The notes under the pieces are model-generated. The model was given only the letters and a program-made list of their open reading frames with translations, was not told where the DNA came from and made no database searches. A stretch of DNA of 63,958 nucleotides, the filler included, from Octopus bimaculoides (taxonomy: Eukaryota): the NCBI RefSeq assembly GCF_001194135.2. It is 7 parts of 7 records of this genome, joined end to end, with 100 filler letters (N's around TTAATTAATTAA, not from the genome) between each part and the next. Parts side by side here need not be neighbours in the genome. Positions count along the whole stretch, not along the records: positions 1 to 28,239 come from NC_068981.1; 6 more parts are not named here. One strand, written 5' to 3'. Made by a program: the position numbers and the translations under genes. The stretch's first letter is position 1. Every line of letters begins with the position of its first letter. Of the stretch, positions 1 to 11,249 are shown piece after piece.

Positions 1-149
1 GCACATACAAAACGAATTCGTTGAAAATATCAAAGAAATTGAAATTTTTGAAATGCCGGGGGTTTCTGTAAAAAAAATAAAAAATAAAATAAAGATTTAA
101 AAATAAAGGGGGGTTTTGGGGGGCGGACAAAAGGAAGTCTTGCCCATTT

Positions 150-375
150 GCTCCATTTCATTCAGATGTAGAAATGAGTTGCGACATCACTGGTGCCACG
201 TTATATCGACCTTTGCCTTTCCCTTGGATAACATCGGTGGAGTGGAGATGGGAGACTGGTATGCATGGACGACTGTTGGTCTTCCATAATCAACCTTTTC
301 CTGGATTCGTGCCTAGAAGGGGAATTTTCTAGGTGCAATCCCATGGTCATTCATAACCGAAGGGGATCTTTACCC
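150..375 (+). mobile_element. SINE body/3' part without tRNA head (family C in this report)
   Basis: Reverse-complement match to 20049-20260 (…ctaggtgcaatcccatggtcattcataaccgaaggggatctttaccc). Confidence 0.7.
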
Positions 376-1763
376 TGTTACGAAAATTATGAGTTGGATC
401 TGCATTATAAGTTGGATCTGCAACATGGCTTCGAAAGTTTCGATTTTTCCCTTAGGTATGTTTCTTAACGTTATCAATTACTTAAGTGAAGTGCGTTTGC
501 TTCAATTATGTTTGCTGATAACTTAAGAAAAGGCATGAACTTCTCAGTTCTCCTTTCTCAATATTTTTTTATCTTTCAAAACATAGAGCCTTGTTCTTTA
601 CTCATATTTAGGTATAAGTAACCGTTATAGAGTGAGTTCTCAACGAACACAGTTGCCGACTCGGCTTCAATTTCAGCTTTAAATTATTTCTCTTCATTCA
701 TGATCACTGATATCACTTCGTAAGTTACGAATATTCAATTTGTAACTTTTTATTCTAATGTATATGCAATAAAACGATGTTTTGCATCACTTCAAGCCAA
801 CTAAGGTCTGTTTTAAGTAGTTCTACAGAAATCATGATACAATACATTCCGTGTTAAGTTATGACCACAGTAAGTGACAATCGTTAAGGAGTGGTCCAAA
901 TCCGAAAAACTTTTCTGCAATGGAGAACAGATAAGTCATCCTTCAGGAAAGGAACCATCACTGATACGAGTTGATTTTTATTTATTTCTTTATAGAATTT
1001 CCACTCAAATTTGATTTGCTATAATGTTGATGGCCAAAATTATGTACTAATGAGTTCCGTTAAAGTGTATATGACCACATCATGATGTATAACTGAGAGT
1101 GCGTGTTTGATATGTACGTGATCTATTACACATCATAATATGGTAATAAAATAGACAATAACTTTGAGGTATTACTTCAGTCTTTTGCTTATAACCCTTT
1201 ACATACCAGAGCTGTCTGTGAATGTGGATATTAGTAACTTTTTGCAGCCATTGGTAACAAAATGGAAGCCAAGAAGATAATAGTTGCGATTACTTTAACA
1301 AATCAAGAAAATTCACGAAACCGTTTTCAAAGTTTGGCTGGAAGTTTTGATCTAATTATTTATGATGTTATGTTGCTGGATGGTCATGTCATCAGCTGAA
1401 TCAATGTGTTGTCAGATTTTTCATTCTTTAACCCGAAACGAAACATTTGACGATAAACCTGGTCATTGACATTAAACAAGTATAACTAAAAGTTTTAGGG
1501 AAAAAAATTATACTTGCAATGTTGTTTGAAGTGATGAGCCTTTTGCTGGTCATTCAGTTACTTGATAATTAATAATCCGTCTGCTCTAACGATTTTTGTT
1601 GATCAACTAATTATTCGACAAAAGCAATAACATCGTATTACTCAATGATATAATAAGGGACTGGCAATAAAATTTCAATTAATATCATCGGGATTGACAA
1701 TAAAAATTCAATTAAGCATTCAATGTATGAGTTCATTGTATTGGGACACACTTATTAAATACG

Positions 1764-2090
1764 TTCTGGAATCAAAAATTTATGTAGTGTCATCGAAAAA
1801 TTTTAACTGGAAAATGAAGAATTATCGGAGTTATGGGCATTGAAAGTGTACATACATCAAGAAAGTGCAATAATAAAGTTTAACACTTCAAAACTGAGTA
1901 GTGAAATGCAGAATTAGGTCCGCTGAACCTGGAATCAAAATTTGGGTACTGTCATCGGAAATGTTTAACTGGAAAAATGCAGAATTATCAGAGTTATGCG
2001 CATTGAAAGTGTACATGCATCAAGAAAGTGCAATAATAAGGTTTAGCCGTTGGAAACTGTGAGTAGCAAAATGCAGAATTAGGTCGCTGA
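1764..2090. repeat. Tandem direct repeat, 2 x ~165 bp
   Basis: ctggaatcaaaa…gcattgaaagtgtacat…aatgcagaattaggtc(c)gctga occurs twice, head to tail. Confidence 0.85.
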
Positions 2091-2225
2091 TCGTGAGAAT
2101 CAAATATTGATCGCTTCGCTAAAAACTAACAACTGTAAATGCAGGTGCTATGGGTTATTTCCTTTGAGTGTTTAAAAAGATATTGTTCAGATGCTATGGG
2201 TTATTTCCCTTGTGTGTTTAAAAAA

Positions 2226-2378
2226 TGGCTGTGTGGTAAGTAGCATGCTTACCAACCACATGGTTCTGGGTTCAGTCCCACTGCGCAGCACCTTGGACAA
2301 GTGTCTTCCACTATAGCCTCGGACCGACCAAAGCCTTGTGAGTGGATATGGTAGACGGAAACTGAAAGAAGCCCGTCG

Positions 2379-2417
<39 letters not shown>

Positions 2418-2590
2418 GTGTGTGTATATGTTTGTGTATCTGTGTTTGTCCCCCCTCCCATTGCTTGACAACCGATGGTGGTGTGTTTACATCCCCGTAA
2501 CTTAGGGGTTTGGCAAAGAGACCAATAGAATAAGTTTTGGGGTCGATTTGTTTGACTAAAGGCGGTGCTCTAGCATAGCCACACTCAAAT
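2226..2590 (+). mobile_element. tRNA-derived SINE (family A) with internal (TA)n/(TG)n
   Basis: Head ggctgtgtggtaag…gggttcagtccc resembles Pol III A/B boxes. An inverted homolog lies at 59853-60250; the ORFs 2187..2471 and 60025..60264 translate to similar text. Confidence 0.85.
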
Positions 2591-2833
2591 AACTGGAAAA
2601 AAAAAATTGAAGTTGATATAAAGATCCCTTCCAGGGGGCGTAATATCGATTTTTTTCAACAAACTAAATATGTCATGAGCTTTCCAGATATGATTTCTAC
2701 TCATGTGTCTAGTTTTATCAAAATCAATAAAACGATGTAGAAGTTAGCTAACAACGCCACAAACACACATCGATTTTCCACATATGTAGTGTGTATATAT
2801 ATATATGTGTGTGTGTGTGTGTGCGTGTGTGCG

Positions 2834-2866
<33 letters not shown>

Positions 2867-4037
2867 AGTATGTATGTATGTATGTATGTATGTATGAATT
2901 GAAATGTTTTGTGTCCACCGTTATTAATGAGAAGACAGTACTGAGTTAGTATTTATGTAATTCATCTTCGTTAATTATGGTGTGGGACAAGTTAAAAAGT
3001 TTAAAATCATATTAATTTTATTAAATAGCCAATTCGTCTGCTCCCCCACTACGAGAATCACTGCCCTATGCAACTGCGTTAGTGATTAATAATAACAGGT
3101 ACAGCAATTAAAATAAGCTTAGCAATTCATCACTCCCTATACAACATGGGTGAGTTCATTTAGGATCAATTATGACTAGTTAAACAACTTGAACTGATTT
3201 ATTCTCATTAGTGGCTAATTAATTGCTGTTGCAATATGAAACAGAGACCATTTATGCCTTGTGTCGACCGAAGTAAGTTTGTTCTGTCAGTAGAGAGTGT
3301 GATTGATGGAAGCGATAACTTGGTTGTTTATTTAAGAGTGAAATCACGTCACTGGTCGTTTGCTTTTATGATGTAATGTTCTTTTTATGAGACATGCATG
3401 ACGACACACAAATACGCTGTCATTCAGTCAGTCAGCTACTCACTCACTCACTCACTCACTCACACANNNNNNNNNNNNNNNNNNNNNNNNNNNNNNNNNN
3501 NNNNNNNNNNNNNNNNNNNNNNNNNNNNNNNNNNNNNNNNNNNNNNNNNNNNNNNNNNNNNNNNNNNNNNNNNNNNNNNNNNNNNNNNNNNNNNNNNNNN
3601 NNNNNNNNNNNNNNNNNNNNNNNNNNNNNNNNNNNNNNNNNNNNNNNNNNNNNNNNNNNNNNNNNNNNNNNNNNNNNNNNNNNNNNNNNNNNNNNNNNNN
3701 NNNNNNNNNNNNNNNNNNNNNNNNNNNNNNNNNNNNNNNNNNNNNNNNNNNNNNNNNNNNNNNNNNNNNNNNNNNNNNNNNNNNNNNNNNNNNNNNNNNN
3801 NNNNNNNNNNNNNNNNNNNNNNNNNNNNNNNNNNNNNNNNNNNNNNNNNNNNNNNNNNNNNNNNNNNNNNNNNNNNNNNNNNNNNNNNNNNNNNNNNNNN
3901 NNNNNNNNNNNNNNNNNNNNNNNNNNNNNNNNNNNNNNNNNNNNNNNNNNNNNNNNNNNNNNNNNNNNNNNNNNNNNNNNNNNNNNNNNNNNNNNNNNNN
4001 NNNNNNNNNNNNNNNNNNNNNNNNNNNNNNNNNNNNN

Positions 4038-4566
4038 CTTATGCATTCAAAAACTGAGTTGCCAATTTTGACGCGTGGGGTATGAACATATTCAGTAATC
4101 TTTCGGCTACCAAATAAACTTTATTTTCATTTACATATTTTCTACGTTATCTCAACAACCAGTTTTAGTTATTTGGAAAACACTGCTCTACAACGACCAG
4201 GCTTCATTAGAGATTGAAAATAGTTTTACACTTTCAATCTGAACCAAAATTACAAAGTGTTGCATTACGAGAGTGATGATGTGTGAATAAAGAAAGTAAT
4301 GTTTCTCCGAATTAGTCAAATCTGTACTATAATAAAGAAAGCTGCTTCCTATTTATCTATATATTGGGTCATCCCATAAGTAGTGCGGTTTTTTCAATTG
4401 CATGAACTAAAAGTCGGAGGGGGACGGGATAAACTATCTGAAACAACTTGCTATAAAAGCAGGTAGTAATTTTACCTTTGTCCTTATTCTTAGTGCAAGT
4501 TTTGAAGAGTGCAGTTAGATTTTAACATTATTATATAAAAGAAAGAGAGAGAGAGTGTGTGTTTGC

Positions 4567-4601
<35 letters not shown>

Positions 4602-4770
4602 TGCGTGCATATGTGTGTGTATGTGTGTGTGAGTGTGTGTACACGCTAGATTCCTTATGGATTCGAAAACTAAGCTGCCGATTTTGACGTATAACGTATC
4701 AAAAGATTCAGTAATCTTTTGGCTACCAAATAAACTTCATTTCTATTTACATATTTGCATTACAAAAATT
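4038..4770. repeat. Two ~105-bp direct repeats (4040-4145, 4660-4765) around a (GT)n tract
   Basis: aaaact(g/a)ag(t/c)tgcc(a/g)attttgacg…attcagtaatctt(t)ggctaccaaataaactt is repeated. Confidence 0.7.
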
Positions 4771-6169
4771 TAACATTTTACTCCTTCTATAAGTCACCTA
4801 TCGTAAACGACATTTTATACCACGACGACGGCGACGACGACAACGATGTCACATTTTCTTTATGAGTGTGCATGTGTCTGTCAGTATATGTGTGTTTGCA
4901 CTTCGTTACGTACGTTAGGCCGACGACTGATAAGTATATGTGTGTGTATGTGAAGGTGTATGTGTCTGTCAGTATGCATACGCTTTTGTGACGACTGATA
5001 CAAACACACATAAACACACATATCTAAAGACAGATTCAGACATACAGCCGGACAGAGATAGGCCTGAGGCGTGCGTGAATGTATGTCTGTGTGTGTCTGT
5101 CTTAGTATATGTATGTAAGTGTACCGTCCAACAGTGAAACGCGCCGATTTTGAAAGTTTAGTTTAATTGTGGCCTGAACGTTGAACGAACAATAACATTC
5201 AGTTTGAAGTACCACAGTTTAGATTTTCCTTTTCATCATGAAGAGTTGCAGTTTAAACAGCATTAATGATTATCACTACTTATGTGCTGAAATATTATTC
5301 TGGTTTTTATAACCAATATGAAGATTTGGCTGATTTGACAGCACTCACCACACTTGCAAATATACCTGAAAAAAAGTTATTCTGGTTATTATAACAAATT
5401 CGGAAACTTGGCGAAGTAGAAAGCCTTAGCGGCTCTTTCAATATAATTATAAAAATGTTATTCCAGTCCTTATAAGCATTTTGAAGATAATGTTTTTTTA
5501 ACATTCCTAGAGTCCTTATCGTATTCTTGCTATGCTGTTTTATCAGTGTGAGTATTCAACGCCGCGCAACCGTTTTACTGTGTCAGTCAGTATTTATTCT
5601 ACAGCCTATAACCTTACACAGTTAAGATATATAGCAAGTGATGTCAAATTAATTTATGTCTTCCTACATACATCCTCCAGCAAATGTTTTAAATTAATTA
5701 ACGTTCACAACAGCAACATATTCCTTTGTACACAGTTTGTTCAGCGTTCGTTTAAAAATAATAAATTATTTTTGCAGGAAAAATTGAATTATGCCTTCTG
5801 AATTTTCTTGGAGCTTAACTAACTTCACCGTCACATTCAATCCCAAATTTTATAACATTTAATACATGTCCCAAATAAATGTTGACTTTCTGTACTTTGT
5901 TACATTGGTGACACATAGTAATTTTTACTAAATTGGTGACTTTCCGACGCTGGAATATTTCTTTTAGAAATATTCCTTAAAAAAATTTTTTATAGCATAA
6001 CTATGTTACAGAAAGTATGGTTTGCACCTATATTGACTATATTTCGTTTCGCTTGAACTTCGTGTGTGTACGTTTTGCTGTTTTTAATATCATCAATTGT
6101 ATGAGTGTCTGTGTGTCTGTGAGTGAGTGTGTTTCCGAGTTCGTTACTTCTGTAGTAAACTATAGTAAA

Positions 6170-7394
6170 GGATATTTTACACCGTTTTAATGAGCCCACA
6201 TTTAACGAAGTAGCCATCCTTATGGTAGGTGATCCCCATGAAAATCGTGATATTCTCATTCGTGCTCGAGATAACAACTTTAAACGTGTTTCAAAAACTC
6301 ATCCCTCTTATGATGCTCTCCAGTATCCTCTTATTTTGTGGAATGGACAAGATGGGTATCATTTCAATATTCCACACATTGAACCTGCAACAGGAGAGCC
6401 AATTACAAACAAAAAGGTGTGGTCAAATGACTTCTATTCTTAACAATTGATGTTAAGACCAGAACAATCAAATTAATTACACATGTATCGTGATCTATTT
6501 CAGCAATACTTGGTTGATATGTATGCTAAAGTTGAGAGTCAGCGTCTCCTCAAGATTCGTAACAATCAAAAAAAGTTAAGGGCTAAAAATTATGTTCATC
6601 TCCAAGATGATCTGAGGACAGATGGTGATATTCAAAACATGGGGCAACTTATAATCCTCCCATCATCATTCACAGCTGGTCCTCGATACATGCACGGACG
6701 AACACAAGATGCTATGACATGTCAGGACATACGGAAAACCAGGTCTTTTTGTCGCTTTCACCTGCAATCCTAAATAGGAGGAAATAAAATCTAACCTTTT
6801 TTCAGTGTTGCATCTCCTGGTTTTGCAACACTGCAATACCACTCAGTGGGGGAAAGAACCGCTCATTCCATGTTCAAGCTCCCTCTAAACCTTGAAAATG
6901 AAGGAATCTCAAATGTGCTACATTTCCAAAACCTCTGTAATGGCAACAGTTCGCCAACAAACTTACTTCATTGTTTGGGATGAGTGCACTGTCGCATCGT
7001 GGAGCTCCAGAGTTACTTGACCTACCCTCCAAGACATAAAAAATAGCACGCTCATAGGAGGAGTTACAGTTCTTCTTGCAGGAGATTTTCGTCAAACGTT
7101 GTCAGTTATCCCCAAAGGATCATAAGTTGATGAGGTCAGTGCATGCTTCAAAAAATTGTACCTTTGGAGACACATGAAAAAACTTCATCTTACAAGCAGC
7201 ATCAGAATACTTCTACAAGATGATCATACGAGCTTCTTAAGATTGGTAATAGGATATTAACTTTCAAATCAAGACTTCAGCTACATGAAATTACATGCTA
7301 TCAAATGATAGTTTCTCTTTAGGGATCTTATAGATAAAGTATTTCCTAATTTATCTGTCAATTACACTGACGTAAACTGGTTATGTGAAAGAGC
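6170..7394 (+). mobile_element. Helitron RepHel pseudogene fragment (Rep N-terminal part fused by deletion to the Pif1 helicase part)
   Basis: Translations: RFNEPTFNEVAILMVG, HPSYDALQYPL, LFQQYLVDMYAKVESQRL, LPSSFTAGPRYMHGRTQDAM, then RTAHSMFKLPL, WDECT, GGVTVLLAGDFRQTLSVIPKG, NYTDVNWLCERA. Frameshifts and stops are present. Confidence 0.9.
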
Positions 7395-8140
7395 TTATAA
7401 ATCTAATATTTTCCTATCCTTCCTTAATACTGGTTCCCATATGCAATTCCTATCTGCACTAGGTCTGCTTAGGAGGTTGTTGTGTCCTAGCATATGTGCT
7501 GCTTCTTTTAGTTTTCGTTTTTTCCAGTGGTGTTCTCTGTCTATTATTTTAACTTCATCCCACAGGGGAGGTGGTCTCCATTTTTTCCATACATGATCAG
7601 CTATACCCGATTTATCAATATCTCCTCGTGTCACAGCTTTGCGTTGTTCGTCTACCCTTATTTCGAAGGGGGCGGTATGTTTCACCTTTGTATAACCTAC
7701 CACAGCTGCATGGGTGGAGTACACGCTGTCTTTGGTCATATTCTCTTCTACTGGTGGTTTTACTTGAAGGAAATATTTGCGAAGTGTTGTATTGCTCTTG
7801 AATACTGTCCTGATGTTATATGGGCCGCATATCTTTTGTATCTTTTCGGAGAGGCCTTTCACATAGAGTAGACAGACTGTGGACAGTTTATTGGTTTCAT
7901 CTTCTCTTTGCTTCATAATTGGAGCGGATAGTATGTTTTTGGGGTAGTTGTTCTTAATAGATTGTTATTGAGTTTGATCATTTCTTCGCGGTTTGTATCA
8001 CGATCGCTACTTATATTTTTTGCACGATGTTTTAGGCACTGAGCAATCCTTCTCTTTACACTGTATGGATGGTAGGAATTGAAGTTGAGGTATCACAGTC
8101 AATCCTTGAAGGTAGTTGCACTTGCTCTCTCTACTACATA
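7395..8140 (-). mobile_element. Penelope-like element fragment (RT C-terminus + GIY-YIG endonuclease), degenerate
   Basis: ORF 7395..7916: LYVKGLSEKIQKICGPYNIRTVFK…SGIADHVW…WDEVKIIDREHHWKKRKLKEA. Upstream, IAQCLKHRAKNISSD…LLR-NYPKNIL resembles the PLE RT thumb region. Confidence 0.85.
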
Positions 8141-8209
8141 CTTCTCCACGGTGAAAAATTTGTGGCGGTGTATTGAACAGATTTTCACCAAATTTGGCGA
8201 AGATACTCA

Positions 8210-8306
8210 TAACCCTAGCCCTTACCCTAACCCTAATCCTAAAACCCTAACCCTAACCCTAACTCTAAAACCCGAACCTTAACCCTAAAACCCTAAAGCT
8301 AAAACC
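8210..8306 (+). repeat. Degenerate telomere-like (CCCTAA)n array
   Basis: taaccctagcccttaccctaaccctaatcctaaaaccctaaccctaaccctaa…. Confidence 0.9.
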
Positions 8307-11249
8307 AGTACAAACGCACGAACGATGTCATAAATAACAGTACCACCGTTAGTTGTTGTTGACAAACAACGGCACTAATGTTATTCAGGGGAAAAGATCC
8401 CATTACACTACCACAACGTGTTGTTGACAATCCACAGCAGTAATTGTTTTCACCTCAATAGACGTCAGTGATTGGTTGAAATTACCGAAATACGACAACT
8501 TTTAACATGAAATAACTTCGAATATAAAAAATTTTTCTCTGTTCTATAAGACAAAATATACAAGTATTCGAAGTTTTAAAGTGTTCCGGTTGAAAACATA
8601 CTAAATAAAAACTAAATAAAAAATGGTGTCTGCCAAATCAGAAAGATCCCAGAATTCCACCTTTGGTGATAAACAATGACACCTACTATAACCAGCATCG
8701 TATGGGATGGTTGTTTAAGTTTCGAGTCGTGTCACTTATTGATGTAATTAAACTGATCTCTTAAATTATTTGATGACACTTGAAAGTTTCCCCTTCGTGC
8801 ACGCCCTATCCAACAATAACAACAGTCTCTAACTGTTTCTCTCTTTAAAGGCGGAAACTTCTTATTTCCACTTCATAATGTGTATGTTAGTAAAGGATCA
8901 GAGATAGGTATGATCCTCTTTGATAGCAATAATTTTCATGAAATACAATTTATATAAGAAGTAGTAGTAGCAGCAGCAGTCGTAGTTTTTATTGTATTTG
9001 ATGGCAGTTGTAGTGTTGTTGCTGATGTTTGATGTTTGCAGCAGAAGTACAGACGAACTAAAGGAACGGTAATGTTTATGATGATGAAGATGATGTCGTT
9101 GTTTTATCTGAGGTCAGCTTTGAATGACCAGATATATGATGAAAGGCATTCTAGCTGCCTTTTTTTTTTCATGTATTTTGTCATTTGATATTCAGGAAAC
9201 AAAACTCTTACAGCATTGGTTTAACACCACAGCGCTCAGCATGTTGGTAACGGAGTTGTTGAGAACCACATGGAAGGTCCTTATAATTGATGCAAGGCCA
9301 CAAGTTTAGAGTGCGTATGTTATGTATAAGTGTGTGCGTGAGAGGATTTATTGTATAATTAACAACCTTCAATACATATAAATGGTATTTCTTTTATAGA
9401 TGTGGAATGGATTAGATCTCAAAAGTCGGAGGTACAAAACTATATAATGGATGGCATTTAATTCAATACTTTGAAGCAGACAGTTCAGAAACTGGGGTAA
9501 ATTTCTTCCCACTGTAGATTTTCGTTTACTCAGGGAATAAATATACTAATTCTGGAACTGTGTATATTTTTTCAGTTATGTTGTGTCTCGGGAGGGTCAT
9601 TATGCCAATCATAAACATACGCACTGGTTTTTCTTAGCTTCTTTTAATAGTATCTGTAAATCAGTTAAACATTTAACCAATTAGTTAATTGATTGTTTGA
9701 TTAATCGTTTCGCCAATCAATCAGCAAGCCACCAAAGTCCTTTCGTCCCCATTCGTGACTTCATCAGTGACATGTCCTCTTTACTCCAGATCTATTTAAA
9801 GTCGAGAAGAAAATTTGAAGTAGGACAGCTTTGTGAAAAAAATACTAATTTTCTTTCTTTCTTACCACTTTGGATTTAACGATTTGTATTGTATCCTTCT
9901 TAATTACTGTATTACTAATGGAATAATAGTCTAATTCAAAAGACTGGGTTTAGTTATTACTTTTGTGTCGAATGTTTTACTATGGCAAAAGCATAAACTC
10001 TATTATTGAATAAAAGAAATTGAGGATAAATTTACTTAAAAAAACTTGCTAGGATGGGGTGGTAGTAAATTGTACGAAAAAAGTAGGGAACCACTCCAGG
10101 CACAATACTACTACTACAACTACTACTACAAAGCAAGATATAGTAGCCAAATTTTCTTTAAATCTACTCTGCCGATTTAAGCTGTTATTTTAGATTATGT
10201 TGGATAATGCAGTAGTAGGAAACGTGACAAGGAAACCTTTACGTGGTTGCTTGTAAGAAACTGTTGCAAAATCTTCCTTGAATACTTCACTGCTGTTTTT
10301 AAAAAATTGTTCAATGTACAGGTCTTTGCTATGTAGTCCGTGGGCCTATGATATAGCTAGGAAAATTCATCTACGACTCACGCCTCATCGTTTACATGCG
10401 TGCTCAGTCAGGACATACCTGGGGTGGGGGGCTACACAATAGTAATGATGTCAACACCAACGAGAGAGGCTATGCATGGTTGGTGTGACCTATTAGAAAT
10501 AACTGACAAATTTCCCTCAGATTATATCCAACCGTCAGAATAAGGGAAATGACGCATTAGATAATCATATTATAAATTTACACAAAAAGGTGAGATGGTC
10601 ATAACTGGAATAACTTTGATCATAGATATGCGTAACCATGATTGATATGAAACTAAGCATCAATAACTGTTTTAGACTAGACAACAATATATCGAGAAGG
10701 TTGTACATTTAAATTTCATATATTTCTACTTCATAAAAGATAAAAGACACATTTAATCATGAAAGAAAGAAATTTAAAATGCAGAGCATTTAGTATTATA
10801 TGAATAAGGATGGAATTTAAAATTAAGATTTAATATTTACACATTTCACACATAAATGAACGCACGCACAAATTATATGCATCGCAAAGAATTGATTTAT
10901 TGAAAATATATGTTTGAATTAACCGCAATATCCGGCCTTGTTAGGATTCATTAATCCATAAAATTAACACAACACGAGCTCATAATATTTTGAATACGTT
11001 GCTTTAAAAAGATACTAATAAACTTAGTTCGGTCCGGGGATGTGGATCAACTCAAAATTGTTGCATCCAAGCTATTCATAAGACGATTCAAAGTCAGCTT
11101 CATAAAAAGGCACGGAAAATGAGATAAGACAAACAACATTTATATTTTATTCCTATATTTAAAAAGATTTCCGGGAAAACGTTTTTTATTTTTTCAAAAC
11201 TGATTTGCATAATCATCCTGAATTATTTTCTCAATCAGTAACATTTTCC

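Noticed and set aside
820-1140. Splice-like signals (gtaagt at ~870, tttatag at ~993)
   Set aside because: Candidate exons have stops in the compatible frames and no recognisable domain.
3394-4071. Long ORFs made of X residues (also 22117..22485 and 40690..41054)
   Set aside because: They are read-through of N-gaps, not coding sequence.
9196-9640. Three closely spaced acceptor/donor pairs that might be upstream exons of the CCP gene
   Set aside because: Exon 9196-9314 has stops in all three frames and no consistent spliced ORF could be built. It could still be UTR or pseudo-exon sequence.
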